DNA of 62,541 bases, filler included, from Basidioascus undulatus (Eukaryota): the NCBI GenBank assembly GCA_000826855.1. It is 4 parts of 4 records of this genome, joined end to end, with 100 filler letters (N's around TTAATTAATTAA, not from the genome) between each part and the next. Parts side by side here need not be neighbours in the genome. Positions count along the whole stretch, not along the records: positions 15,697 to 31,263 come from JTLS01000638.1; positions 31,364 to 46,910 come from JTLS01000639.1; 2 more parts are not named here. One strand, 5' to 3'. Under the pieces are notes generated by a model, which ran no database searches, had not been told where the DNA came from, and worked only from the letters and a program-made list of their open reading frames with translations. Position numbers and translations under genes: made by a program. Positions 27,822-40,606 of the stretch are shown here, one piece after another (within the stretch, counting starts at the first letter, position 1; each line of letters begins with the position of its first letter).

Positions 27822-30800
27822 ATGGCGCACGCGCTCATCGGGGAGACAACCCAGCTCGGCGAGGCCTCCATGGCGCCCGACCTTTCCCTCGCCAGCGTCG
27901 AAGGCTCCTTTCGCTCCGAGGACGAGCGCCGGCGCCTTGCCTCGCGCCCAACACAGTCTGCTCGAAACCCTTCCGCGTCCTCCTCTTCTTCAAACACCAA
28001 CCATCTCGCACCCCCTGACACCGCGCGCCGACCGAGCGCGCGCCAGAGCTCACCCATCGCGACCCCCGGTCTCGCGACCTCCCGGCTCGGCAAGCCCTCT
28101 GCCGTCCTGGATCTCACTTCGCCCGGAGATGACTCGGAACTCTTGGGGACTTGCCCCCTCGCATTCAGCCCGGACGACTCAGGCGGGGTCGAGACGCCCA
28201 TGCCCAGGCGGGGTGGGAAGGGCAAGCGCAAGAGCGAGGGCGCGGCCAAGGCGGGGACGCAGGCGATGACGCTCAGGGAGCAGGAGGATGTGAGTGGTCC
28301 TTTCTTTGAGGTATTAGGACATTAGACAGTCTTCTCATGCTCGCGGAGGAGATAGGTCATCGACGAAGTCAAGCGCGAGAACTTCTCCCTCAAGCTCAAG
28401 GTCTATCTCCTCGAGGAGCGCCTGTCCAAGCTCGCGCCGGACCAGATTGACGCTGCGCTCAAGGAGAACATCAACCTCAAGATGGACCGGCAGACGATGC
28501 GCACCGAGCTCAAGCAGAACCGTGCGATCGCGCTCAAGCTCGAGAAGACCGTCGAGGGCCTTAAGGGCGAGAACGGCAGGCTCGAGGCCGCCCTCCAGGC
28601 GAACCAGCGCCGCGCCGCTGCGGGTGGAGGGGATGGGGAGCGATGGAGGAGCGAGGCTCAGAGGGAGAGAGGGGAGAGGGAGGCGGCGGAGCAGAGGGCG
28701 CTCGATCTGGAGGCGCAGGTGCAGGATCTGCGGGAGGAGATGCGGCGGGCCCGAAGCGGCGAGGAGTGGGAAGATGAGGAGGACGCGAGGGTGCGTATCC
28801 CCCTGCCCATTTTCTCGGGCTTGATGGTATCTGACTTGATCTGCAGGCCGAGATCCACCGCCTGCGAGACGAGCTGGACGTCGGGCGGGAGGAGAAGGAT
28901 GACCTGCTCCGCATGCAGGACGAGCTCCAGGCACAGCTGCGGGAGACGACGGACGAGCTGCTTGCGCTGCGGGAGGAGCTCGACCGGCGCGCGCCCACGC
29001 GCTCGGAGGAGCGCTCGAGACGCTCCATCAACTCGTACGAGGACGACCCGAGCGAGCAGCTCGACGGCAGCGTCGCTATCGGCGCGGGGCGGAGACAGCG
29101 GCAGCGGGCCGCGGCCGAACGGGAGAAGCTGGAGAGGAGGGTGGGCGATCTGGAGCAGGTGCGGCGTTGCTTTCTGGAGGTGTCGCTGTGCCGAAGGCTG
29201 AAGGGAGAGTGGTGGCCGGCAGGACAAGACGTCCTTGCAGTCGCAGGTTGAGGCGCAACTGAACATGCTTGCGACCCGCGACGCAGAGCGCGAGGACCTC
29301 CTAGACGAGATCGAGCGGCTGCGTGCGGACATCGTCGACCTGCGCCGGACGCTCGAGGAGCGCAGAGATCTCGACCGCAGTCGCAGTCGCGTCGAGGAGC
29401 CCTCGCCCGACCTCAGCGAGCTGGAACGACTGGAGGATGTGCGTGGCTTTCAAGTCGAGCATTACCCCGATCGGCTTCATCGGCTAATGGGTGGGGGTGC
29501 AGGAACGCAACCTCATGCGCGACAAGCTGGCGGAGGCGAACCTCGAGCTGGAGCGGAAGGAGGCGGCGATCGAGGAGCTGTACCGAGAGGCTGAGGCCCG
29601 CGACGAGGAGCACGAGGCGGAGCTCGGGCGCGTCGCTGAGGACTGGCAGGGCGAGCTGGACGATGCGCGGCGGCGGAACGAGCAGCTGGAGGATGTGCGT
29701 TGCCGTTGCGTGTCTTGGCGGTGGAGTATGCTGAACCGCCGGTGCTGCGGGTGCAGGAGATTGGGCGCTTTGAGGAGGCGCAGGATGAGCACCGGCAGGA
29801 GGTCGAGGCCGCCATAGAGCGGTTCCAAAACGAGTTGGCGGAGAAGAATGAGGAGCTTGCCGGCGCGAACGAGGACATCAAGAGGGTGTGTTGTTGCTGC
29901 CTGTAGTGGCTGTTCCGATGTGGGTCGCTGATGCGGGAGGCTGGTGCGGTACAGCTCGGAGACCAGGTGTACGAGCTCGAGAATGAGCTCGACGAAGCTG
30001 CCGGCCGCGTTGAACGCCTCGAGGCGGAACTGCGGCAGGCGGACGAGAGGCTGGAGGAGGACCGGCAGGTGCAAGACCAGGTCATCGCCACGCTGAAAGA
30101 CGTGAGTCGGTCTTTTCCCCCTTGTCATTCCAGCACAGCCCTGAGCCAAGACCCTTCGCAGAAACACGCTGCACTTAAAGCTCGGCACGACGACCTCGAG
30201 CACGACCTGGACGCATCCGAGGAGGAGCTCGGGCAGGCGCGTGCACGCGTCGACGAGCTCTCGCTCCAGGTCGCCGAGCTTGAGGAGCTGCGGCGCGAGG
30301 CACTCGAGAAGCTTCGCGAGGCGGAGGACGAGGCGGAGGAGCTCGCGGAGCTGCTCAAGAGCGAGAAGGACGGGCGGGAACGCGATCGCGTGCACTGGGG
30401 CCGCGAGAGGCGCGACTTGGACGCGGAGAAGGCGAGGGCGCTGGAGACGAAGGAACAGGTGCGTGGATGAGGGTCTGGGCCACTGTGGTCTCGTCTGTAG
30501 GAGAGGAGGCTCATGGGTGGATGGAGTATCGACAGGCTCTCGCTGGTATCCAGACCGAGCTCGCGCAGACTCGGGCGCAACTCGCGATCCGCGAGGAGGA
30601 CCTCGAGCAGGTGCAAGGCGCGCTGCGCGCGATGGAGGCCGAGAGCCGCAAGCTCGGCGACTCGCACGTCAACGATCGGTTCTCGCTCGAGCTCGAGATC
30701 GACCGCCTCAAGCGCGACGTCGGGCGGTACGAGGAGGACCTGGAGCGCGTACGCACGGAGGCGGAGGCCAAGGACTCGCTCCTCCGGGAACGCGATGGGA

Positions 30801-31263
30801 CGGTCGAGAAGCTCGTGCGTTGTTGACTGAACTTGCTGACTGCGCGGATAGGCGCTGTTGGACTGACTGGGGGAGGGGATGACAGCACGCCGAGAACCGG
30901 GATCTCGCGAGCCAGCTCGCTACGCAGACGCAGACCGCGGCGAACAACCTCGACAAGCTGGAATCGATGCAACAGGTGCGTGTGCCGTTTCATCCAACGG
31001 CTAAAATTCTTTCTCTGGTGCTTACGCTTTTCATGCTTCACAGCTCTTCCGTGACGGCCAGGCGGAGGTCACCCAGATGCGCGAGCGGATCCGCGAGCTC
31101 GAGCAGCGGCTGTCCAAGGACCAGCGCAGCCTCATCACGAGCGAGCAGCAGTACCGCGACCAGCTCACCGAGCGGAACACCCTCCTCCTCACCGTCTACC
31201 AGTACATGGAGAAGATTGCCGGACCCGACCGTGGCGCAGTGAGTCCCTCTGGGCTGTCACTTA
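27822..31263 (+). CDS. Centrosomin-motif-1 (CM1) gamma-tubulin complex receptor, Mto1/ApsB-like; 3' truncated
   Basis: MTLREQED/VIDEVKRENFSLKLKVYLLEERLSKLAPDQIDAALKENINLK (CM1), long coiled coils, and C-terminal EQQYRDQLTERNTLLLTVYQYMEKI. Confidence 0.85.
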
Positions 31264-31363
31264 NNNNNNNNNNNNNNNNNNNNNNNNNNNNNNNNNNNNN
31301 NNNNNNNTTAATTAATTAANNNNNNNNNNNNNNNNNNNNNNNNNNNNNNNNNNNNNNNNNNNN
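31264..31363. other. Artificial contig spacer N44-TTAATTAATTAA-N44
   Basis: Same linker as at 15597. Confidence 0.99.
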
Positions 31364-31397
31364 ATAAATTGAAGTATGACAAAACTTGAATGGGCAG

Positions 31398-32629
31398 TAC
31401 TGGGACACGTCCCGTATCACCGGCCAGCCGCTCGTCACGCTCACTTTACCAGCCAAGGTCTACTCGCTCGACATCCGATACCCTCTCCTCGCCATCGGTG
31501 CGTCTTCCAAAGACCCCGCAGCTCATTCAAATTAAATTCAAATTTTCTCTCTAAGGCACCTCCGAAACTCCCCTCGAACAACCCATCTCGCTTTGGGAGC
31601 CCACAACGCGCCACATCCACTTTATCGATCTCGCCAGCCCGCAGAACTGGGGTAGAGTTCAGCGAGTGCGTCTCCATCCTTTTGGAAAAACGGACGTAGC
31701 CGATGGAAGCGTTTTTGGACAGACCGTCAAGCCGTCGTGCAAAGGCCAGACGCGCTCTGTGGTGTGTTTCGGGCGGGACAACGAGCCGCAGCGGGGGGGG
31801 TGCGCAGTGGGTGACGACCAGGGCAAGATTGGGATACAGTGCGCTGCCTTCTCATCTCCCCGATACTTTGGCCCGAAGATGCTCACAACTCGGACTTCCG
31901 ATCAGATACCTCAATTATGACGAGCAAGACCAAGCGCGGGCGCGAAGAGACAAGTGAGTTTGGAGCTTTACATGACTGCGCGTTCGATTTCCGGGGCTGA
32001 ACCCGTGATGGGGAAAGCATACAGGACTTCTCCTTCAGATGCGCCTGGGTCCCAAAGTGGCCGACCGAACCGAAGGCGGGCGTCGCGCAGCTGTCGGCTG
32101 CAGCCTACCCCATCAACGCTATCGCTTTCCATCCGACTGGGACGTTCGCTACAGGGGGTGAACCACGCTATCCTTTCTTTGCTTCGGGAAGCACTGTAAA
32201 CTGACTGTTCACCTCCGCAGGAAGTGACGGACGCATCATCTTCTGGGTACGAGTTGAGGCATTATTCACCTTTCCTGAAGCTGTCGGTCGCTGAGCAATG
32301 TCCCGTGGACAGGACAAAGACAACCGCGTCCGTTTAAATGGTTCGTATCCCTCACATCCCTCTACTCTCCGCTGACCTCCAGCCATTCTCCCTCAGCAAT
32401 CCCACAACAACCCCCCGCCACCGCCCCGCTCCAACTCTCCCCGCCCCCCTGGGCCGGCTTCGGCCAGCCCGTCACAGCGCTGGCCTACTCGCGCAATGGA
32501 GACTGGCTGGCATACGCGCTCTCGTATGACTGGGCCGGCGGGCACTCCCACGCACTGCCGGGAAGGACGAACAGGGTGTTTGTGAGGAGGACGGTCGCGG
32601 AGGATTTGAGGAAGATAGGGGGGAAGTGA
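31398..32629 (+). CDS. Divergent Rae1/Gle2-like WD40 protein, 5' truncated
   Basis: YWDTS..[86 protein letters not shown]. TGA at 32627-32629. Confidence 0.8.
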
Positions 32630-33425
32630 GGGAGTATGGGCTGGGGAGCTGCTGAGGTTCAGTTATTTGGGGTTGAGATACATGTTGTGCAGGCTGCGCT
32701 GCCAGTCTTGCCAACGCGCGTGGGGTGGCTGCCGAGTAACAGAGGACCCTTTGCTTGTATGGTTTGCTCGCAGTCTCGTAAACCTCCATAGTGGTCCAGG
32801 ACCTGATACCCTATTTTAATGATTAACATATTCAATGCCTACTGTCCTAGAGTCAATGGCATTGCGGCAGTCGAAACGACTGCAGGTCTCGTGCGAGGCT
32901 GCACCCCACAACATAGATTTGTCCAGACCTGAAACGTTAGTCGAACTCCGTTTCTAGGAAACATAGGGCCAGTGAATTCTCCTTCATAGACAGAAAGCCT
33001 GGCAGCCTCATTTCAGTTGGAGGTGCTCCTTCTCCAAAAGCGGGCTGCCATGAACGGCGTCCTTCACAGCCTCACTTCCACCAATTGGACAAGTCGCGTT
33101 CAGCTCAGCAGGAGCTTTGCGTGAAAAGAATCACCGCATTCAATCCTTTTCAAAGCATTCGTACACAGCGACCGGTGAACGACCGGTGAACAACCGAAGA
33201 AATTACTAATACTATTTCTAGGCGGGAGGACAACAGATGAAAGGGGCGACAGGGCCACCTGCCGTCTTTGTCTTCCCTCTTGTCTTCATATTCCCTCTTT
33301 TCCCTATGTACTCACCTCGCAGTTTCCAATTACGGTCGCGCTGACCATTGCGAACCCGCGATGCACGCACAGACGGACACTTCACCTCGACCGGCGTCCA
33401 TTGCTCTCGGCTATCTCCCTTCAGA

Positions 33426-35210
33426 ATGAGCGTTTCTGAAAATTTTGTGTCAAAGGGTCATGGTCATTGCGTCCCTCAACTCTCAATCTTCGCTGCTCAC
33501 TGACAGGCTCTGGCTGGACGTCCTGCCCGTCTTGCCGCCGTTTGCTCTTGCCGCGGTTTGCCAAACGTCTTCCCACCTGCTCGCCCTCGCCCGTCCGATC
33601 GTCTACCGCTCGATCCCCGCCCTCGACAATCCTCCGGCTGCTCGAGCACTATGCCGGCTCCTCCGCTCCCGCCCCGACCTCGCTGCTCACGTTCAGCACC
33701 TGAGCCTACCCGGCGCACAGCACGACGAAGACGCGAGCGTAAACGAGCCCGTGCTTAGCTCCTCCTGCGCTTGCCCGAGCTGTCCCGGGGGCTGAAGACG
33801 TTCGAGTGGGCGTTCCACGGCTAGCCGCAGTCCGACGGTTTCTTCGATCCCGACGAAGTGCTGAAAGACAATGCGGTTTGAGATGTGCTGGCGGATGGCG
33901 CGTTGGGGGATCTTGTGGACTTGGGCATCAGCGGATTGACACTGGAACCGCCCACGGAGGGCCGCATGAACTCTGTGAGCAACACCATGAACCACAAAGC
34001 GACGTACAGGTCTGCCCGTCGGAACCTGACCTCCAAGAGGCTCGACCTAGCTCTATCGGCTTCGCAACCTCCAACGGATCACCATCTCGACCGTCGAGCA
34101 CACATACAACTGTAAGTCTCTCACAATTTGTGGGAGAGTTGGCACCTCATCTAATATTCTACCGGAAAGTGGCCCCATCCCCCCTTTTGGATGTTGAAAT
34201 CCAGGTCCTTATTGTTGCAGGTCAACACAATGGCTAAAAATTCATGCTCCTATCGTACTCCATTCCGGACACGGACACATACACCAACATGCTGTTTCCC
34301 TTCCTCCAGGCCAACGCGCACCGCACGCATCTCACGCTGCACCTTCGAGCCGACCATTACGAGCACCCCTTCTGACCGATCACTTTCGACATCTCAGACC
34401 TCCTCATTCCCACTGGTCGTCGCTCACTTCCTTCGTCCTCGACGGCCCTCGCTCCTGGGTCACACCGTCCCCCTCCTCGGCATCCCGCCCCACGTGCTGC
34501 CCCATCTCGAGCGCTTTGAGGGCGCGCGCGCAAACGTCGAAGCGCTCCTGCCGGCTGCGGGCGGCGGACCGGAACGGACGACGCTCAGGGAGAGGATGGT
34601 ACTCGGGCCGTTGGACGACCTGAAAGGCAGCGACCTGAGCTGGAAGGTCGACCTGCCGCTATTTGCACCCCTATTGGACAGCGTCTGCGAAGCGCACGCG
34701 CGCGCGCCCAACCTGGATGCGCTCCGTATCGACCTCTCCTACAATGGACCCGTGCCCGGTCGGCAGAGCTTGAACGACTGGCGGAAGCGTGCCCGATGCT
34801 CGAACGGCTGCGTCTCGTCCGCGTGGACGAGCATACCGAGGATGCCAAGACGGTAAGTCCCGCCGCTTACTTCCCCATGTCCCTTCCCCCCATCTCTCTT
34901 ACCATTTCTAAAGTATGTCTCGAGCCATGGCTGACAAACTACCCGTCTCTCCCTCTTTCCTTGTTTGCCGGGGGTCTCAGTTGGACGAAGTGGCCCTCAC
35001 CGAAGGGCTTTCAGCCCTTGCCCGGCTCGCCGAGCTCGAGTCGTCGTTTACCCCTCAGAGGAGGAAGAAGCGAGGCGAAAAATCGCGGAGACGGTGTCTG
35101 GAAAGTGCGAAGTGTTGTGCATGATATCGGTGCGCTTGTGGTATATCGGGACTTGGGAAAGAGACGAGGACGAAGGGGACGTGGAACAGGACGAGGTCAG
35201 GAGGGAGTAG
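33426..35210 (+). pseudogene. F-box-like gene with premature stops
   Basis: LAAVCQTSSHLLALARPIVYRSI...LCRLLRSRPDLAAHVQHLSL. In-frame TAG at 33822 and TGA at 33879, plus frame changes. Confidence 0.65.
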
Positions 35211-36882
35211 TAGCCTGCTAGTTATAACTACCGCTGCTGTTTCCGAATTGGATTGTACAAGGCGCTTATTGTCAAAATTTTCCCTCGACGGAAACGAAGC
35301 AAGCGGATTATGTGGACCGGCTCAAAAGAAAGGTAAAAATATCCTTGCCGAATGAATGCGAACGTGCGTTAGAAGGTTTGCTTTGACAAAACTACTGTCT
35401 CCGTTAACTGAGTAATGGAGGAAGCGCGAAGCAACTTCAGTACTCAAGACAGGCTTCCTGAGTTGACTGCTCGCAGTTACAGTCGCTGTGATACCAACCG
35501 GCTGAGCCCGCTTAGGCTTATTGCTGCGTCTACATTATCGACATTCCCTTCTAGCAGTAAAGGGCTTACTCTTGTGGACGAGCCACTTGTTTGGTATCTT
35601 CCGACACTGACGCGGTCGAAACATTATGGAAAGCGGGTCGCTCCCACCCACGCCAAATAATGATCCCCTGCGCTGCAACTTGATTTGCTCAAGGCCTACC
35701 ATGCTGTACTGTACTCAGTGGGAAATATTAGGTGGGATGTAACTGGCCCGCCTCAGTCATCTCCGGAGACGTGCAGATTTGCACCCAAGAAGCTTCGATT
35801 GCGGCAGTCTCCTTCTGCCTACTGAAGCTGGACGAAGCGGGCGGAAACTGCCAGCCCGCACATTACAAGCAAGCGAAACGGTGAGATTCTGGAACTCTTG
35901 AGAGGATGGCTAAGTATTCTTCTTGGGATGGGATAGTTACGGTAGCGGATTCAACGCCTTCAGTGCTCGCCAAGTGCAGGACGCACATCTGGAGGGCTTG
36001 GTCGCAATCTCACAGACCGCGAATATGGGCGCCGAGACCTACTACTTGCTGCTACTCCGATTTGCACAATTCACCATCGTATGGGTGCTTAAAGCCCCAG
36101 AACCCAATGGCAGCGCAGGCAGTTACCACCAGTGTGCGCTGAGGCCAGAGCACAAGCCGAAACGTTCAAGTTGTGAGTTCGTAAGTCTTATTATTAAAGT
36201 TCGCTTTTGGAGTACTTCCAACACAGCGGCATCGTAGGAGTTTGTATTGTATTAGACACGCTCCGTGTCGCACTTTCGTTGGAGTTGGGCCTTCCTCAAG
36301 AAGGGCGCGCTGCGCATTCGGCACAGCGCAGCCCGCGGCAACGAGCGTGCCACACCCTGTTGTAAGGTTACATCTCTACGTCTTTGCCTACTAGACTTCA
36401 AAAAAAGGGGGGGGGGACGTAACCTACAGTGTAAGCTAGATTTGCATACTCAGAAAGTCCTCAGAGCGCGTGGTCGGTGTACAAAGCCTCTGCAACTCCA
36501 CGTCTCCGCCGGTGCAGATTCCGCTCGCTCGACTACGGGCAGGGACGACTCTGCGCTTTGGGCTCTGGTGGGCTCGGCTCACGGCCCACAGAGGGTCGTC
36601 TCACCATGTACACCGGAAATGCTACCGGTCTTAGTGCTATCGCTGCTCCATATCCGTCTGTCGTGTGCGGGTGCGGCGGCAGAACGTGTCGAACCCCTGA
36701 TCTGGGGTGGGCGCACTCGTATTACAAAAGAGCGATGCGCAGACTCATGCTTCCTCTTTCACACCTTCACCCTCGCATCGAATAGACATCTTTGCACCTG
36801 ATAAACGTGAGGACGCTCACATTCTTTTGTCCATAACACACTCTCTTGTTGCTATAGCACCCTCGCCCGTCGTCCTCGCACA

Positions 36883-38166
36883 ATGCTCTTCGGTCGCGTT
36901 TTCTCTGGCGCCCTTGTGGCTGCTCTCGGCGTCGGTAAGAGCAGCGCATTTTCAATCACCCAAGTGCACACACTGATCAAAAGCTTTTGTATAGCGTCGG
37001 TTGCCGCGGACCCTCACCACCACCACGCTCCCCACCGTCGCCACGGCCAGCAGTGCGATGCTGCCACTGGGTCGGTCGCGGACCTGGCAGTCAAGCTCAA
37101 CGCTCCCCTTACCCAGCTGAGTGCGTATACTTTCTTCATATCGATGTAACTACGCCCACTAATGTTGGCATATTCAACAGACGCTACTCTCATCGTCAAC
37201 GGCAACGTCATTTCCAACGTCGATGACCAGGTCGTTCAGTTCGTGAAGCAAACTGTCGGCGACGTCGCGGGGATCGTGTCTTCCGCCGTCCAGACCTTCA
37301 AGTCTACTACTGAGGGTGGCTCCGTTCAAAACCTCAACCAGGGCCAACTTGCCCAAGTTGTCGCCACCGTGGTCTCCACTACTTGTGAGCTTTCCATTTT
37401 AGCGGTCCTTTGGTGGTGGGAACTGAATACGATATACCCCAGCTACCTTCCTTGCGCCGGTGGTCAAGATCGCTGGTCAGGTGGACGGCATTGAGGACAC
37501 TCTGAAGGGCATTGAGTGAGCAGGTCTTTTGTTCGCCTGAAGCCCATCGTTCTGACCTTCCGATGTAGTGCCGACCTTTCCAGCATTGTTTCTCTGGCTG
37601 CCGGACTTGGCGAGGAGTGAGTTTAGGTTCGCTTTAGAATTCCGTGCAGCTCTGACGTTCCACTCTCACAGGGTCGGCAAGGCGGTCACTGGCCTGTTGA
37701 ACCACCTCGGCCTCAACACCATCGCGAGCGACGTCGAGTCCCTCCTTGTGCGTCTTGATCATTGTAAGGATGTATAAGTTTCCCTCAAGTTACTAAATCT
37801 GGTCTGCCGCAGGGCAACGTCGTCGGGACCGTTGTGCAGCTCGTTGGCGGTGTTGCCGGTGTCCTCACTGGTCTCCTGGACAACACTGGCCTTGTCGACA
37901 CCCTTCTTCAGGGTATGAAGCCTCCAGAAACCTCAAAGAGCAATGGAATAGGCTGATTGAAGTGTAACAGGTCTCCTCGGCGGCGGCGGTCCGCTGGGTT
38001 CGCTCGTGGGGTCCGTCAGCGGCAGCCAGTGCTCCAACCAAAACGACCTCCTCAACGTATGTCTTTCGATTTTGATCTTTATACGAGAGATGACACTTTT
38101 TCCTTGAATCAGGTCGTTACTGGCGTTCTCGATGGCCCGCTTGGTGGTCTTGGCCTCAACCTTTGA
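36883..38166 (+). CDS. Secreted protein of unknown family (His-rich propeptide, Gly/Leu/Val-rich helical C-terminus), about 9 exons
   Basis: Signal-like MLFGRVFSGALVAALGV/ASVAA, then DPHHHHAPHRRH; GT-AG introns; ends GPLGGLGLNL*. Confidence 0.8.
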
Positions 38167-39200
38167 GCGTCTCTTCCTTCAACCGCCGGATCGGTTGAGT
38201 GTTTCCAGTGTCTTCCCACATCATCTACGCATCACCCTTGCATTGCATCTTCCTGTTGAATTGTGAATACATGGTATTGTGCATTCCCATCCTCCTCGAG
38301 GTACGCCTGCCCCTTGGAAGGCGGAGGTAGTTGGTTGTGTGTTCCACGAAGTAGTCTCGAACCCAGACGGTCCCTCGCCTCAAGACAGACAGCGAGACAG
38401 CGACACCTGACTTTGACAAAGAGGAAAGGGCGAGTGGTCCCTCATGAGGAAAGGGACTTGTTGGCGACCCCTCGCCCCTTCCTCTTTCGTCAACTTCGCA
38501 CGCGAGGACCGTCTGGGTAGTGACTACCACAAAGATGCCAACGACCTTGCACCTTCCAGGTAGGGAAGATTGAAATGCGCTTGAATGCCGCGCATTGTTT
38601 TTGAACAAGTATGTGTCGTGTCTAGGTCTTGGAGCATCCGGCAGTCTGTGGAGAGCAGGGCGCCCGACCGAGCGGGCCGTCCCTAAGCGCGACGCAAAGC
38701 AGTGCACCGCAGCTCATCATCATCACGGCGCTCGCCGTGCGGTTTTAATTACAGTAAATGAGTTCAACAATGATCTGATACTGTAAACGTCCCGAAAAGC
38801 TCATCCCTCTTCGTCATTCCGCGAGCGCAGCATCCATTCACGGCCCTGTCTCTTCGCCACACCCAATGCCGCTCGCGGTCCGAGGAGTAGTACGGAGCGC
38901 TGCCGTTCCTTTTCACCTTTCGTGATGGCGAGAATAAACGTCTCACCATGCACATTCGCGATGTTGTGAGTCGTAGAGCCATCGGTGCTCCATGGCCCGC
39001 CTTGTGCTCCGCGCAACACTAGGAAGAGGATCGACTGCCGGAAGTCCTCGCTCAGCCTACAAAAGGAATGTCCTCGACTGCGGCTTCCCTCTTTCCTCAC
39101 ACCGTCCACCTTCCTCTCTACTCCTTTCTCCCTCCAGTAATATCCACACTCACTTACCCACCACACTCTTTATTCCAGCTACACTCCCCTCACTGTCACG

Positions 39201-40513
39201 ATGTTCTTCGGCCGTTTCTTCTCGTGCGCGCTTGTCGGCGCGCTGGGCATCGGTACGCCTACGCGATTGTGCGGAAATTCTCTTGTGCAGAGGTGTCTGA
39301 ACATAATTCTGTTCATCGTTCGGCTTTGGCCGTTCCTCACCAGGCCCTTCGTCACCATCCCCGTCACGGTTCTGACGACGCCATCACCTCTGCACTCGCC
39401 GACCTCGGAGTGAAGCTCAACACTCCTCTTGCTCAACTGAGTACACACACCTTTTTTCTAAGACCTTAAGCCCGTATCAAGTGCTGAATGTTGCTCATGG
39501 CCTCACAGACGTCACTCTTGACGGCAGCGTCTTCACCGAGGTGGATGACCAGGTTGCAAAAGACCGTCGGCGACATCAAGACTAACGTTTCTACAGCACT
39601 ACAGACCCTCAACTCCACCGTCTCCGGCGGGTCCGTCAAGGTCGATTGCGAAGGTCGCTGAGCTTGTTACTGCCATCCTCGCGAACGCCGGTGAGCAACG
39701 ACGTAGATGGGCATTGCGGACTTTTCCGACTGACGCATGCTGTTCATATTGCCAGCCGCCCACCTCTAGCCTGTTGCCAGGCTCATCAAGGACATCCCTG
39801 GCGTCGAGGACCTCCTGAAAGAGATCGAGTACGTATGGTTTAGCAGCCTTCGGAGCTGCCCTCAGCGCTGACTTTCAATGCCTGTTTGCAGCTCGGATCT
39901 CTCTGGCCTTCTTGCGTACGTGTTCAGCCTCGGTGACGAGTGGGTCTCCAGTGGTTGATTTATAGTGTACGTCTGGGATGCTGACAGTCAAATGTGGTCC
40001 GGCAGCATTGCGAAGGCCGTCAAGAGCCTCCGGGACTTCCTCAGCCTCGACGCTATTGCCAGCGACGTGAGCCTGCTGGTGGGTTCTTAGGTTACTCATC
40101 AAGATCAACTTATATCTATTTTACCTGATGCCGGACGACTTTCAGGACGACGTTGTCGGGACCGTCCTGAACCTCGTCGGCGGCGTCACCTACGTCCTGA
40201 CCGGGCTGCTGGACGACACTGGGGACCTTGTCCAGCCTCTGCTCAAGGGTGAGAGTTTCTCCATCTCCAATCCTCAGGTCCCGGCCACAACTTGACATCC
40301 AAATCTGCAGGTCTCCTCGGCGACAACACCCCCCCCCTCGGTTCGCTCGTCACCTGGTAGCCAGGGGCAGCACTGTCGAGGAGCTCCTTTCCGTACGCTC
40401 GTCCTTAACCTTGACGATATCACAGGGTCATTTCAAGTCCCGTCTAATCATATAAAGAGACTGTCTCAGGAGTTCTCGACAGCGCTCTGGGCAAGCTGGG
40501 CCTCAACTTCTAA
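39201..40513 (+). pseudogene. Decayed tandem paralog of the 36883-38166 secreted protein
   Basis: MFFGRFFSCALVGALGI, LADLGVKLNTPLAQL, VLTGLLDDTG, ends LGKLGLNF*. Intron positions match copy 1. In-frame TAG at 39767, frameshifts near 39560 and 39645, and the intron-1 AG acceptor appears lost. Confidence 0.8.
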
Positions 40514-40606
40514 ACATCTCACATCCTGCAGCAGCGCATCGCGACGTAAGCGAACGACCAAACGCCTTCCGTCTTCCGTCCACCTGTACATTCCAATACT
40601 GTACTA

